Source: an uncultured Actinomycetes bacterium (GTDB lineage Bacteria; Actinomycetota; Thermoleophilia; UBA2241). Taken from it: a stretch of 64,000 bases of DNA. The stretch spans positions 64,001 through 128,000 of the forward strand of contig CAVYCN010000019.1 in NCBI GenBank assembly GCA_963767005.1, given 5' to 3'. Of this stretch, positions 1 to 10,260 are shown piece by piece. A program made the position numbers and the translations under genes. Numbering within the stretch: the first letter of the stretch is position 1; every line of letters starts with the position of its first letter. The notes beneath the pieces were generated by a model. The model ran no database searches and was not told where the DNA came from. It worked only from the letters and a program-made list of their open reading frames with translations.

Positions 1-1923
1 GCCTACGACGGAGGCTGGGTGGGCAAGGAGGTCCATCTCTCCGACTGGGGCCTCGACCGGATGGCCGTCGACACGGGTCGCGCCCAGACGGCGAGCAGCC
101 TCGACGATCCGCGCCTTTCCGACGAGGAGCGGGCCGCCATGGAGCCGTACGGTCAGCGCAGCGAGATCGCGCTGCCGCTGGTCGCCCGCGACAGGGTGAT
201 CGGCCTCGTCGACCTTCTCGACCACGTCGAGCACGACTTCACGCCCGATGATATCGCCGCCGCTGAAGCCGTCGGCCAGCTCGTGGCCCTGGCGATCGAG
301 CACGCCCAGCTCTACGACGAGGTCAAGCGCCTGCACCTGGCCAACCTGCGGGCGCTCTCGTCGGCGCTGTCGGCCAAGGACCACTACACGCTCGGTCACG
401 CCGGCCGCGTCGCCGCCTACTCCGCCATGCTCGCCCAGGAGCTCGGCTGGTCCGAGGAGCGCGTGAACGAGCTCCAGAACGTCGCCTTCCTGCACGACAT
501 CGGCAAGATCGGCGTCTCCGACCGCGTGCTGCTCAAGGCCGGTCCGCTGACCTCCGAGGAGTGGGAGCTCATGCGCCAGCACCCCGGCATCTCGGCCGAG
601 ATCGTGCGGCCGCTGTTCGACGACGAGCTCGTCGCCGGCGTGCGCCACCACCACGAGCGCTTCGACGGCTCGGGATACCCCGATCACCTCGCCGGCGCGG
701 CGATCCCGCTCGTGGCCCGGGCGATGTGCGTGGTCGACTGCTACGACGCGATGTCGTGCGAGCGCCCCTACCGGCACGCGCTCTCGTATCGCGACTGCCG
801 CGCCGAGCTGCGGCGCTGCGCCGGCACGCAGTTCGACCCGGAGATGGTCGAGGCGTTCCTGCGGGCCCTCGACAGACTGCGACGCCGCCGTGCGCAGGTC
901 GCGGGCCTGGCGCGCCAGGCCGCGGCCCTGATCGACCCCGCCCGGCACACCCTGCTACGCAGCCGCGCCGACGAGGAGCGGCCCGAGTACCGCGAGATGG
1001 TCGAGACGCTGCGCGCCTTTCGCGACACCCACGCGCCGGTGCGCTTCATCACGAGCTACGCCCTCGCCGACGACCGCTGCATCACGGTGCTCGACACCGG
1101 CGAGAGCGAGGACGACCTGTCGCACGTCGGCGACCTCTGGCTGGCCGACGACGAGGTCGCCCGCGTCCTCGCCGGCGAGCGACTGACGGCCAACGTCCTC
1201 GACGCCGACGACTTCGGCGTGTGGGTCTCGGGTACCGTGCCGCTGCGCGACGGCGATGGGGTCGTCGTGGCCGCGCTCACCGTCGACGTGCCGGTCGTGG
1301 GGACCTTCGACCGCGCGGCCCGGTCCGACCGCTCCCACACCCTGGCGGCGATGCTGCAGGCCGCCGCCATCCGCTTCAGCCGGGCCGAGGTCGAGGCCAT
1401 CACCGACGGCCTCACCGGCCTCTACAACCACCGCTACCTGCACGAACGGCTCGAAGAAGAGATCGAGCGCGCCCGCCGCCACAAGACCCGTCTGTCGCTG
1501 CTGTTCTTCGACTGCGACGACTTCAAGCGGTACAACGACCTGTACGGTCACAAGGCGGGCGACGCCGCCCTCACCCGCATCGCCCGCATCGCCGAGGGCT
1601 GCAGCCGGCGCGTCGACCTGGCCGCCCGCTACGGCGGCGAGGAGTTCGTCCTCGTGCTGGTCGACACCGAGCACGAGGGCGCTCTCAAGGTCGCCGAACG
1701 GATCCGCAGCGAGGTCGAGAGCACGAGCGTCGCGACCGACCGTCCGCTCAGCGTGAGTGTCGGCGTCGCCGGTTTCCCCGACGACGCCACCGCCAAGGAC
1801 GAGCTCCTCGACAAGGCCGACTGGGCGATGTACGCGGCCAAGCGGGCCGGCCGCAACCGGGTGCTGTCGTTCCGCGACGGCCTCGTCACCAAGGAGACGT
1901 GGCTGTCGCGCCGCGGCCGCTGA
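1..1923 (+). CDS. GAF + HD-GYP + Cache-like + GGDEF c-di-GMP turnover protein (probably 5'-truncated by the window edge)
   Basis: ORF 19..1923 begins inside a GAF-like segment (IALPLVARDRVIGLVDL). It has HD-GYP motifs LHDIGKIG and HHERFDGSGYP, and a GGDEF domain (DGLTGLYNHRY, RYGGEEF, I-site RRVD). Confidence 0.9.
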   Translation, partial: AYDGGWVGKEVHLSDWGLDRMAVDTGRAQTASSLDDPRLSDEERAAMEPYGQRSEIALPLVARDRVIGLVDLLDHVEHDFTPDDIAAAEAVGQLVALAIEHAQLYDEVKRLHLANLRALSSALSAKDHYTLGHAGRVAAYSAMLAQELGWSEERVNELQNVAFLHDIGKIGVSDRVLLKAGPLTSEEWELMRQHPGISAEIVRPLFDDELVAGVRHHHERFDGSGYPDHLAGAAIPLVARAMCVVDCYDAMSCERPYRHALSYRDCRAELRRCAGTQFDPEMVEAFLRALDRLRRRRAQVAGLARQAAALIDPARHTLLRSRADEERPEYREMVETLRAFRDTHAPVRFITSYALADDRCITVLDTGESEDDLSHVGDLWLADDEVARVLAGERLTANVLDADDFGVWVSGTVPLRDGDGVVVAALTVDVPVVGTFDRAARSDRSHTLAAMLQAAAIRFSRAEVEAITDGLTGLYNHRYLHERLEEEIERARRHKTRLSLLFFDCDDFKRYNDLYGHKAGDAALTRIARIAEGCSRRVDLAARYGGEEFVLVLVDTEHEGALKVAERIRSEVESTSVATDRPLSVSVGVAGFPDDATAKDELLDKADWAMYAAKRAGRNRVLSFRDGLVTKETWLSRRGR

Positions 1924-1945
1924 CCGGCCGGCCCGCGACCCCCCC

Positions 1946-2896
1946 CTACTCCGGCACGACCAGCACGATCTTGCCGAGCTTGCCGCCGGCGGCGAAGCGC
2001 TCGAAGGCGGCCGCCGCCCGCGCGAGCGGGAAGATGGCCGCCACGGGCACCCGCACGCGACCGGCCGCGAGAAGCGGTAACGCGGCCGCACCGAGCGCCG
2101 CGACGACGCCGGCCTTTTCGGCAAGCGACCGGGCGCGCAGCGTCGCGGCCCGCACCTGGGCGCGCCGCGACATGAGCAGGCGGAGGTCGAGCTCGAGCGT
2201 CGCGCCGGCGCCGACGCCGACGACGACGGCGCGCCCGCCGGTCGAGAGGCAAGGCAACGCCTTCGCCAGGCTCGGACCACCGACGAGCTCGAGCACGAGG
2301 TCGTACGGCCCGCGCCTGCCGACCTCGGCGGCGCCGATGACCTCGGCGGCACCGAGGCCGGTGACGGCGTCGCGCAGGCTCGGGTCGCGGACCTCGGCGA
2401 CGACGTGGGCGCCGGCCGCGGCGGCGAGCTGCAAGGCGGCAGTGCCGACCCCGCCGGCGGCGCCGCTCACCAGCACGCGCTCACCGAGACCGAGATGGCC
2501 TTGCGTGAAGAGGGCGTCGTGGGCGGTCGCGAATGCTTCGGGAAAACCGCCCGCCTCGGGCCACGGCACCCCGGCCGGCAACGGCAACGCGTTCGTCTCG
2601 TCGACCGTGGCGAGGGTGGCCTGCGCCCCGCCGCCGACGAGCGCCATGACACGGTCGCCCGCGGAGAAGCGCCGGACGCGCGCGCCCACGCCCACGACCT
2701 CGCCGGCCATCTCGAGCCCGGGGACGTCGGCCGGCCAGCCCGGCGGCGCCGGGTAGCGCCCGTCGCGCTGGGCGAGGTCGGCGCTGTTCACGCCGGCCGC
2801 CCGCACGGCGACCAGGAGCTCGGTGTCGCCCGGCACGGGGGCGGGGCGCTCGACCACGTCGAGCGCCCCGCCCGCGCCGATCACGACCGCGCGCAC
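1946..2896 (-). CDS. NAD(P)H-quinone oxidoreductase, MDR/zeta-crystallin family
   Basis: AAGVNSADL...YPAPPG..PGLEMAGEVV, VSGAAGGVGTAALQLA, C-terminal GKIVL. Confidence 0.85.
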   Translation of the reverse strand: MRAVVIGAGGALDVVERPAPVPGDTELLVAVRAAGVNSADLAQRDGRYPAPPGWPADVPGLEMAGEVVGVGARVRRFSAGDRVMALVGGGAQATLATVDETNALPLPAGVPWPEAGGFPEAFATAHDALFTQGHLGLGERVLVSGAAGGVGTAALQLAAAAGAHVVAEVRDPSLRDAVTGLGAAEVIGAAEVGRRGPYDLVLELVGGPSLAKALPCLSTGGRAVVVGVGAGATLELDLRLLMSRRAQVRAATLRARSLAEKAGVVAALGAAALPLLAAGRVRVPVAAIFPLARAAAAFERFAAGGKLGKIVLVVPE

Positions 2897-2915
2897 AGGG
2901 CGACCCTCCCGCCGG

Positions 2916-3245
2916 TCATTGGTCCGCGACCGGCGAGTCGCCCCTCTCCCGGATCTGGGACACGGCCGACCGCAGCAGCCGCACCTGCTTGTGGTCGGCC
3001 ACCTCGACGACCACGAACCGGTCGCGGACCTGGCGCACGGTCCCGAGGATGCCGTCGATCGTGACGATCTCGTCCCCCTTGCGGATGGCGGACAGCATCT
3101 CCTGCTGGACGCGGCGCCGGCGGCGCTGCGGCCGCACGAGGAGCACGTAGAAGACGACGACGACGACGACGATGTACACCACGAGGATCGCGCTGCCGGA
3201 TCCGGCTGACCGCGCGAGGAACACCGAGAGGATCGCTGCGCTCAC
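2916..3245 (-). CDS. yajC: Preprotein translocase subunit YajC
   Basis: One TM helix followed by FYVLLVRPQRRR...IRKGDEIVTIDGILGTV, the typical YajC pattern. Confidence 0.85.
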   Translation of the reverse strand: MSAAILSVFLARSAGSGSAILVVYIVVVVVVFYVLLVRPQRRRRRVQQEMLSAIRKGDEIVTIDGILGTVRQVRDRFVVVEVADHKQVRLLRSAVSQIRERGDSPVADQ

Positions 3246-3455
3246 TTCGCCGACCCGCCCCCTTTCTGTTCTCGCATGAGCGACCGCGACGCGATCGCCC
3301 GGACTTGTCCAACGAGGCCAAGTCTATCCCCGATCGGCCCTCGTCGACCTTTCGGACGCGGAGAGGACCGCCGTTGACCGCGGGCCGCCGGATGAGTACC
3401 GTCGTCTCACCGGCCCGCACAGAAGGAGCGGCGCCGCGCGGCGACACGACAGGAG

Positions 3456-4100
3456 ATGAGAGCGACGCTGAAGAGACGACCTCCGCTGGCGACCGTCGCC
3501 GGCCTCGTGGCCATCGTCGTCGCGATCTCGCTCGCGCTCGTAGCGTACAGCTACTACCCGTGGGCCTTCAGCCCGGCGGCCAACTGGATCAGCGACCTCG
3601 GCAACACGCTGCTCAGCCCGCGCGGCTCCATCTACTTCCGGCTCGACATGGTCGCCCTCGGCGGCGTGCTCAGCGCGTTCTTCGTGGGCCTGCGCGCCTG
3701 GTCGCGCGGCCAGTCGCTGTTCGTCAGGCTGCTCGTGATCGTCGGCCAGCTCAGCGGTCTCGTGAGCGCCGCCGCCATCGTCATGACCGGCGTCTTCTCC
3801 GAGAACGACTACGCCGCTCATGCGCTGTGGGCGACCGTGATGTTCATCGCCCTGGCCACGGCCGTGCTCTTCATGGGCTGGGTCCACGTCTGGCACACCG
3901 ACCTGTCGCAGCGCCTCGCCTACGCCGCCTTCGCGGTCTGCGCGGTCGACGTCGTGTCGGTCATCGAGCGGCGTCACTGGCTCGAGTGGCTGGCGGTGGG
4001 TCTGCTGCTGTGTTTCGTGGCGGCCGTGTCGCTCGGCACCTGGTCGTTGGGGCCGCGTCCCGCGCCGGCCGAAGGCCTACGAGGGCGAGTCGGCCGGTAG
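3456..4100 (+). CDS. DUF998-like multi-pass membrane protein
   Basis: YPWAFSPAANWISDLG motif, about 6 hydrophobic helices, GVFSE..AHAL; RBS aggag directly upstream. Confidence 0.6.
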   Translation: MRATLKRRPPLATVAGLVAIVVAISLALVAYSYYPWAFSPAANWISDLGNTLLSPRGSIYFRLDMVALGGVLSAFFVGLRAWSRGQSLFVRLLVIVGQLSGLVSAAAIVMTGVFSENDYAAHALWATVMFIALATAVLFMGWVHVWHTDLSQRLAYAAFAVCAVDVVSVIERRHWLEWLAVGLLLCFVAAVSLGTWSLGPRPAPAEGLRGRVGR

Positions 4101-6022
4101 CGGCGGACCGAGCGGCGGGCCCAGCTTGCCCGGCCGCTGGGCCGGGTGCGAGTGGCGGCCCTCCTCGGCCGCGCTGCGCTGGCGGGCCTTCTGGTCTTTG
4201 GCGGCAAAGACCTCCTCGGCCGGGGTGCCGCCAAGCAGCGCCTCGAACTCCTCGCGTTCGATCGTCTCGCGCTCGATCAGGATGGCGGCCACGCTGTCGA
4301 GCTGGCTGCGATGCTCGCCCAGCACGCCGCGGGCACGCTCGTGGGCATCGGCGATGATGCGCCTGATCTCCTCGTCGATCGCGCGGGCGATCTCCTCGGA
4401 GTAGTCGGGCTCCTGGTTGAAGTCTCTACCTAGGAAGGGCATCGCCTGGTTGTGGCCCAAGGTGCGCGGCCCGAGCAGCTCGCTCATGCCGTAGCGCATG
4501 ATCATCTGCTTGGCGGTGTCGGTGGCCTTCTCCAAGTCGTTGGCGGCCCCGGTCGTGATCTCGGCAAAGACGATCTCCTCGGCGGCCCGGCCGCCCAGGG
4601 TCATCGCCAGGGTGTCGTTTAACTCGCCCATCGTGGTCAGGAACTTATCCTCGGAGGGCAGCGAGATGGTAAAGCCCAAGGCGGCGCCGCGGGAGACGAT
4701 CGAGATCTTGTGGACCGGGTCGGTGTGTTCCAGGTAGTGGGCCACCAGGGCGTGGCCCATCTCGTGGTAGGCGGTGATGCGGCGCTCGCGCTCGGAGAGC
4801 AGGCGGCTCTTCTTCTCGGGGCCGGCCAGCACGCGCATGATGCCCTCTTCGCACTCGGCCTGATCGATCGTCTTGCGGCCGTGCCGTGCGGCCAGCAGGG
4901 CGGCCTCGTTGACCAAGTTGGCCAGATCGGCGCCGGTGAAGCCCGGGGTCTGGGCGGCCAGGGTGTCGAGATCCACGCCCTTGGCCAGCGGCTTACCGCG
5001 GGTGTGGACGGCAAGGATCGCCTGCCTTCCGATGCGGTCGGGGCGATCGACCACGATCTGGCGGTCGAAGCGGCCCGGGCGCAGCAGGGCGGGGTCCAAG
5101 ATGTCGGGGCGGTTGGTGGCGGCGATCAGGATGATGTTGTCCTTCATCTCAAAGCCGTCCATCTCGACCAGGAGCTGGTTCAGGGTCTGCTCGCGCTCGT
5201 CGTTACCGCCGCCAAAGCCGGCGCCTCTGTGGCGCCCGACGGCGTCGATCTCGTCCATGAAGACGATGCAGGGGCTCTGCGCCTTGGCCTGGGCAAAGAG
5301 GTCCCTGACCCGCGAGGCGCCGACCCCGACGAACATCTCGACGAAGTCGGAGCCGGAGATGGAAAAGAAGGGCACCCCGGCCTCACCGGCCACGGCGCGG
5401 GCCAGCAGCGTCTTGCCGGTGCCGGGCGGGCCGTAGAGCAGCACGCCCTTGGGGATGCGGGCGCCGAGCTGCTGGAACTTGCGCGGGTTCTCTAAGAACT
5501 CCTTGATCTCCTGGAGCTCCTCGACGGTCTCGTCGATGCCGGCCACATCGGCGAAGGTCACCTTGGGGGCATCGGGGGAGACCTGCTTGGCGCGGCTTTT
5601 GGCAAAGCCCATGACGCGGCTGCCGCCGCTGCCCATGCGGCGCATCATGAAGGCAAAGAAGACGACGATCAGCAGCAGCGGCAAGAGCAGGGTGAGCAGG
5701 CTGCCCCACGAGGTGCCGCCGCTCTTGGCGGTGACGGCCACGCCGGGGTGGGCGGCGAGCAGCTGGGCGAGCAGGGTCGAGTCGGGGTAGGAGATCGTGT
5801 AGGGGGTGCCGCCGGCCGGGATCACGGCGATCGTCTGGGCGCTGGTGTCGACGGTGACGGAGCGCACCTGGCCGGCCTGGAGCTGGGCGACGAAGCTCTC
5901 GGCCCGCCCTGATAGGCATGGCTGACGCTGCTGCCATGGTTGGAACGCGTGACCGTCTCGATGATCAGGATGAGGGTCACGACGATCAGCAGCGGGACGA
6001 CGATGCGGCGGACTGTGCTCAC
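4077..6022 (-). CDS. ftsH: ATP-dependent zinc metalloprotease FtsH (one frameshift near 5905)
   Basis: Walker A GPPGTGKT, Walker [34 protein letters not shown] zinc motif in ORF 4077..5867. The first TM helix ([15 protein letters not shown]) lies in ORF 5822..6022, one base out of frame. Confidence 0.93.
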
Positions 6023-6190
6023 GTCGGCTCTCTCTTCTGTCGGGTGCGATTGGCCGGCTCGCCCGTTATGTTCCTCACAATCGGGCAGACGAATCTCGCG
6101 GACCCGAATCGCGTCGCCTGCGACCTTCGCGGCAGACGGGGCAAAGCCTTGCCGGCGGCGCCGCTGCGCGACTCCGCGCCGGCGGCGCCG

Positions 6191-6796
6191 CTACAGCCAG
6201 CCGCGCTCGGCGGCCAGGCGCGCCGCCTCGACCCGGTTGCGACTGCCGGTCTTGGCGATCGCCGTCGAGAGGTAGTTGCGCACCGTGCCCTCGGACAGAA
6301 AGAGCGTCGCCGCGATGTCGGCGACGGTCGCTCCGCCGGCCGCCGCCTCGAGCACCTCGCACTCGCGCTTGGTCAGCGGATTGGGCCCCGCGGCGAGGGC
6401 CGACGCGGCGAGCGCGGGATCGACGACGCGGGCGCCGGCGAGCGCCCGGCGGATGGCCGTCGCGAGCTGCTCGGCCGGGGCATCCTTGACGAGGAACCCG
6501 CTGACCCCGGCCTGCATCGCCCGCGCCAGGTAACCCGGCCGGCCGAACGTGGTCAGGATCAGGACCTTGCAGCCGGGTAGAGCGGCGCGCAGGGCCGCGG
6601 CGGCCTCGAGCCCGTCGATTCCCGGCATCTCGATGTCGAGCAGGGCGACGTCGGGACGCGCCGCGAGGGCCGCATCGACGACCTCGTCGCCACGCCCGAC
6701 CTGGGCCACGACCTCGATGTCGGGCTCCAGTCCGAGCAGCGCGGCAAGGGCGCCGCGCACCATCTCCTGGTCCTCGGCGAGCAGGATGCGGATCAC
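6191..6796 (-). CDS. DesR-like NarL/LuxR-family response regulator
   Basis: REC domain (LAEDQ, LLDIEMP, LTTFGRPGY) plus LuxR HTH (LTKRE...LFLSEGTVRNYLS). Confidence 0.92.
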   Translation of the reverse strand: MIRILLAEDQEMVRGALAALLGLEPDIEVVAQVGRGDEVVDAALAARPDVALLDIEMPGIDGLEAAAALRAALPGCKVLILTTFGRPGYLARAMQAGVSGFLVKDAPAEQLATAIRRALAGARVVDPALAASALAAGPNPLTKRECEVLEAAAGGATVADIAATLFLSEGTVRNYLSTAIAKTGSRNRVEAARLAAERGWL

Positions 6797-8180
6797 GGTC
6801 GGCCTGCTGACGCCGGCGAGGTGCGGCCCCCGCCGTCGGCGATCGCGGCAGTGCCTGCTTCGGGGCCATCGTCCCCGGCCGGCTCGACGCTTGCGGCAAC
6901 GCCTTGCTCGGGGCCATCGTCCCCGAACTGCTGCTCGACGAGCGCCTTCATCGTAGCCGGCGCCGCGGCCCCGCCGTCGGCGTCGGGCTCACGGCCTCCA
7001 CACGGCAGCTCGGCGACGAGCCTGAATCCGGCCGGCCGGGCCGACCCGGCCTCGAACCGCCCGGCCGCGTCGGCCACCGCCTCGGCCAGGCCGCGCAGCC
7101 CATGACCGGCGCCTGCGCTCCCCGCCGCCGAGCCGACGCCGTCGTCGCTCACCTCGAGGCGCACGCCGCCGGCCGTGCGAGAAAGGCGCACGGCGGCGTG
7201 CGCCGCCCGACTGTGGCGCACGATGTTGGTCGTCGCCTCGCGCAGCACGCGGGCAAGCAGCGCCTCGACGTCGGGTGGCAGCGGCTCGTCGGGCATCTCG
7301 GCGCCCATCTCGACGCCGGCCGCGTCGAGCGCGTCGCGCGTGCGCTCGAGCTCGGTACGCAGCGAGCGCGCGCGATAGCCGGTCACCGCCTCGCGCACCT
7401 CTTCGAGCGCGCGCCGCGCGATGTCCTCGACGTCGCCGACCTCGGCCAGCGCCCGTCCGGGAGCGGCCTCTCGCTCGAGCAGGCGGCGCGCGAGCTCGGC
7501 CTTGAGCACGATCACCGACAGGCTGTGGCCGAGCAGGTCGTGCAGATCGCGTGCGAAGCGCAGGCGCTCGTCGGTCACCGCGTCGGCGGCGGCAAGACGG
7601 GCGACCTCGTCGCGCGAGCTGCGCAGCTCCTCGACCATGACGCCGCGGCGCCGCAGGAGCAGCGCGATCGACGCCGGCCATGACGATCGACAACCCGTAC
7701 GACACGCCGGTGATGAGGTACGTCTCGCCGCGCCCCGAGGCGACGTTGACGGCGACCGAGCAGAGCGAACAGCCCACGATCGACGCGGCCGGCGTAGCGC
7801 AGCGGGAGAGACGCCACCATCGTCACGACCACGAAGATGAACAGCACCATCCAGTCCGGCCCGTAGGCAAGCGTCGTACCCACGGCGATCGCCGCGAACA
7901 GGACGAGGGCACCGCCACGCAACCGGCGACTGCCGCGGTGGCCGAGCAGGTGACCGTCGGCGGTCATGGTGTGCGGGATGGTCTGGACGAACACGGCGAA
8001 GCAGACGACGAACGCGACGAGCGCCGCGCCCGACACCCAGCGCGGACCCGCCACCCCGCTCACGACGTCGTTGACACAACCGGCCAGCGAGAGCAGGAAC
8101 AGATAGACCACGGAGTGGATGAGCCGGTCGTAACGCCGCTCGGCGACGCTCTGGCCCACCGGTGTCGCGGGACCGGTCAC
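6793..8180 (-). CDS. DesK-like HisKA_3 sensor histidine kinase (two frameshifts, near 7787 and 7672)
   Basis: ERLRFARDLHDLLGHSLS, REATTNIVRHS, DDGVG, GHGLRGL in ORF 6793..8331. The TM N-terminus is spread over ORFs 7575..8180 and 6989..7777. Confidence 0.85.
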
Positions 8181-8340
8181 GACCCCGCCACGCTCCTCGA
8201 GCTCGGCCGCGGGCTCCCTGCCCGCGGGCTCGCCTCATTGTACGGCAAGCGGCGCCGGCCCCGCGCGCTGCGCCGCGGGGCCGGCGCCGCGCGCCCGGTC
8301 CGTCGTCGCGCGCTTGCACCGACTCGCTCACGGGGGTCGC

Positions 8341-9075
8341 TCACACCCGCTGCGTGTCGCGCCGGTAGGCGCGGGCGGCGAGCAGCGACAGGCCCACGCC
8401 CCAGGCGCCGACCACGATCCAGCCCTTGGCCGGCCAGCCGCCCGCGCCGAGCGCGGCGTGGCTGGCCTGCACGAGCCAGTACGAGGGCAGGCACTGCGCG
8501 ATCGTGTTCAAGAGGCCGTTGCCGAGCGGATACCAGGCGCCGCTCACGAAGGCGAGCGTCGCCGTGAGGCCGCCCATCGCCGGGCCGATCGCATCGACGG
8601 TCAGCAGGTGGCCGCACAGGATGCCCAGGGCGGCGAGCGGGATCAGCCCGATCAGCAGGAGCGCGGTCATGTGGAGCCACTCCCCGGCCGACAGACGCAC
8701 GCCGAGCAGCGTGCCCGACAGGTACAGCAGGCCGATGGTCAGCCCGGCCATGAGGTAGGCCGTGACGACCTTGGCGCGGAAGTAGTCCCGCGTCCGCAGC
8801 GGGGTGACGCGCAGTTGACGGTTCCAGCCGACGGCGCGCTCACCGGCGATGCGGGTGCCGCTCGACAGGATGGCGGCCATGGTGCCGAACGCGGCGAGCC
8901 CGATCATGTAGTACGTGGGCGCCGGGATGCCGCTGCCGCCCAGGTCGGTCACGTTGCGGTTGGGCGCCGCGATCAAGAAGTAGATGGCGAGCGGGAACCC
9001 CAGCGACATCACGAAGAAGCGCTTGCTGCGCAGCGTCCGCAGCAGCTCGAAGCGGGTGTAGACGAGGGCGTTCAT
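8341..9075 (-). CDS. ABC-2 type exporter permease
   Basis: MNALVYTRFELLRTLR..., ERAVGWNRQLRVTPL, 6 TM segments; start overlaps the stop of the upstream ATPase. Confidence 0.85.
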   Translation of the reverse strand: MNALVYTRFELLRTLRSKRFFVMSLGFPLAIYFLIAAPNRNVTDLGGSGIPAPTYYMIGLAAFGTMAAILSSGTRIAGERAVGWNRQLRVTPLRTRDYFRAKVVTAYLMAGLTIGLLYLSGTLLGVRLSAGEWLHMTALLLIGLIPLAALGILCGHLLTVDAIGPAMGGLTATLAFVSGAWYPLGNGLLNTIAQCLPSYWLVQASHAALGAGGWPAKGWIVVGAWGVGLSLLAARAYRRDTQRV

Positions 9076-10103
9076 GGCCTCTCCTTCGGGTCGTCGATCG
9101 CGGTCGACCGGTCGTCGTGCGCCGCCCGGCCGTCGCCGGTGAGCTCGAGAAAGGCCTGCTCGAGACCGGCGCCGACGATCTCGATGTCGCGGGCGGCCGG
9201 CCAGCGTACGAGCAGCGCGCGGATGGCGGCGTCGGAGTCGCTGCACGAAAGCGCGACGGCCGCGCCGTGCCGCTCGACGGCGGCGACGCCGGGCAGCTCG
9301 CCGAGGGCGGCGTCGCCGGCTTCGGGCAGCGTGGCCTTGATGACCTTGCGACCGACCCGCGCCTTGATCTCGGTCGCCGGACCGTCGGCCACCACGCGGC
9401 CGGCCGACATGAGCACCACGCGGTCGGCGTAGGCGTCGGCTTCGTCCAGATAGTGCGTCGCGAACAGCACGGTGGTGCCGGCGGCGGCGGCCGCCCTGAT
9501 CGTCGTCCAGAAGGCGTGGCGCGACTCGACGTCCATGCCCACGGTGGGTTCGTCGAGCACGAGCAGCCCGGCGCCGCTCACGAGGGCGGCCGCGAAACGC
9601 GTGCGCTGCCGCTCGCCGCCCGAGAGCTTCTGCGTGCGCTGTCCGGCGAGCGCGGTCAGGCCGGTCGTCTCGAGCACCTGGTCGACGCCGAGCGCCGCCG
9701 GGTAGAGGGCGGCCGCAAGCTGTACGAACTCGCGCACCGACAGGTCGCGGATCAGCTCGCCGGTCTGCAGCATGGCCGCCACACGACCGCCGGCGACGGC
9801 CTCGACCGGGCTGCCGCCGAAGAGGGTGACGGCGCCGGCGTCGGGCCGGCCCAAGCCGAGCAGCAGGTCGATCGTCGTCGACTTGCCGGCGCCGTTCGGG
9901 CCGAGGAGCGCCACGGTCTCGCCGCGCTCGATCAACAGGTCGACGCCGCGCACCGCGCGGATGGCGCCCTGCGGCGTGGCGAAGGTCTTCTCGAGTCCGC
10001 GGGCGACGACGCCGGCGGCCCGCGGCGCGAACGACACCCCGCGGAGGGCACCGACCGCCGGTCTCTCGCGGTCGCTCACTGCCATCGGCGCTTTGCGTTC
10101 CAT
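9072..10103 (-). CDS. ABC exporter ATP-binding protein
   Basis: GPNGAGKST, LSGGERQR, LDEPT, THYLDEA; start placed at MERKAP after gaagggag. Confidence 0.9.
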   Translation of the reverse strand: MERKAPMAVSDRERPAVGALRGVSFAPRAAGVVARGLEKTFATPQGAIRAVRGVDLLIERGETVALLGPNGAGKSTTIDLLLGLGRPDAGAVTLFGGSPVEAVAGGRVAAMLQTGELIRDLSVREFVQLAAALYPAALGVDQVLETTGLTALAGQRTQKLSGGERQRTRFAAALVSGAGLLVLDEPTVGMDVESRHAFWTTIRAAAAAGTTVLFATHYLDEADAYADRVVLMSAGRVVADGPATEIKARVGRKVIKATLPEAGDAALGELPGVAAVERHGAAVALSCSDSDAAIRALLVRWPAARDIEIVGAGLEQAFLELTGDGRAAHDDRSTAIDDPKERP

Positions 10104-10242
10104 CGCTCTCCCTTCGCGCGACCCAGGTGGGCCGCGATTCGATCGCCTGCTGCCCCCCGCCGCGCGATCCGCGCGGAGGCAGTCCGGCAGGGAGTCTAGG
10201 ATCGGCGGTGAGCGGGCTGTAGTGCCGGCCGTCACCGGTCGC

Positions 10243-10260
10243 GCGTGACGTTTGTCACGC
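10243..10260. promoter_or_regulatory. Palindromic operator GCGTGAC-gttt-GTCACGC upstream of the ABC/two-component operon
   Basis: Perfect 7-bp inverted repeat; -10-like TAGACT on the minus strand at 10193-10198. Confidence 0.5.

Noticed and set aside
561-2756. Long alternative-frame and antisense ORFs throughout (also 30406..34635, 21006..24122, 42984..46151, 10985..13513)
   Set aside because: These are Arg/Ala/Pro-rich shadows of real genes, expected at this GC content, with no family motifs.
6860-6925. 18-bp direct repeat tcggggccatcgtccccg in the kinase tail
   Set aside because: It encodes a duplicated GDDGPE peptide in a low-complexity C-terminus, with no sign of separate function.
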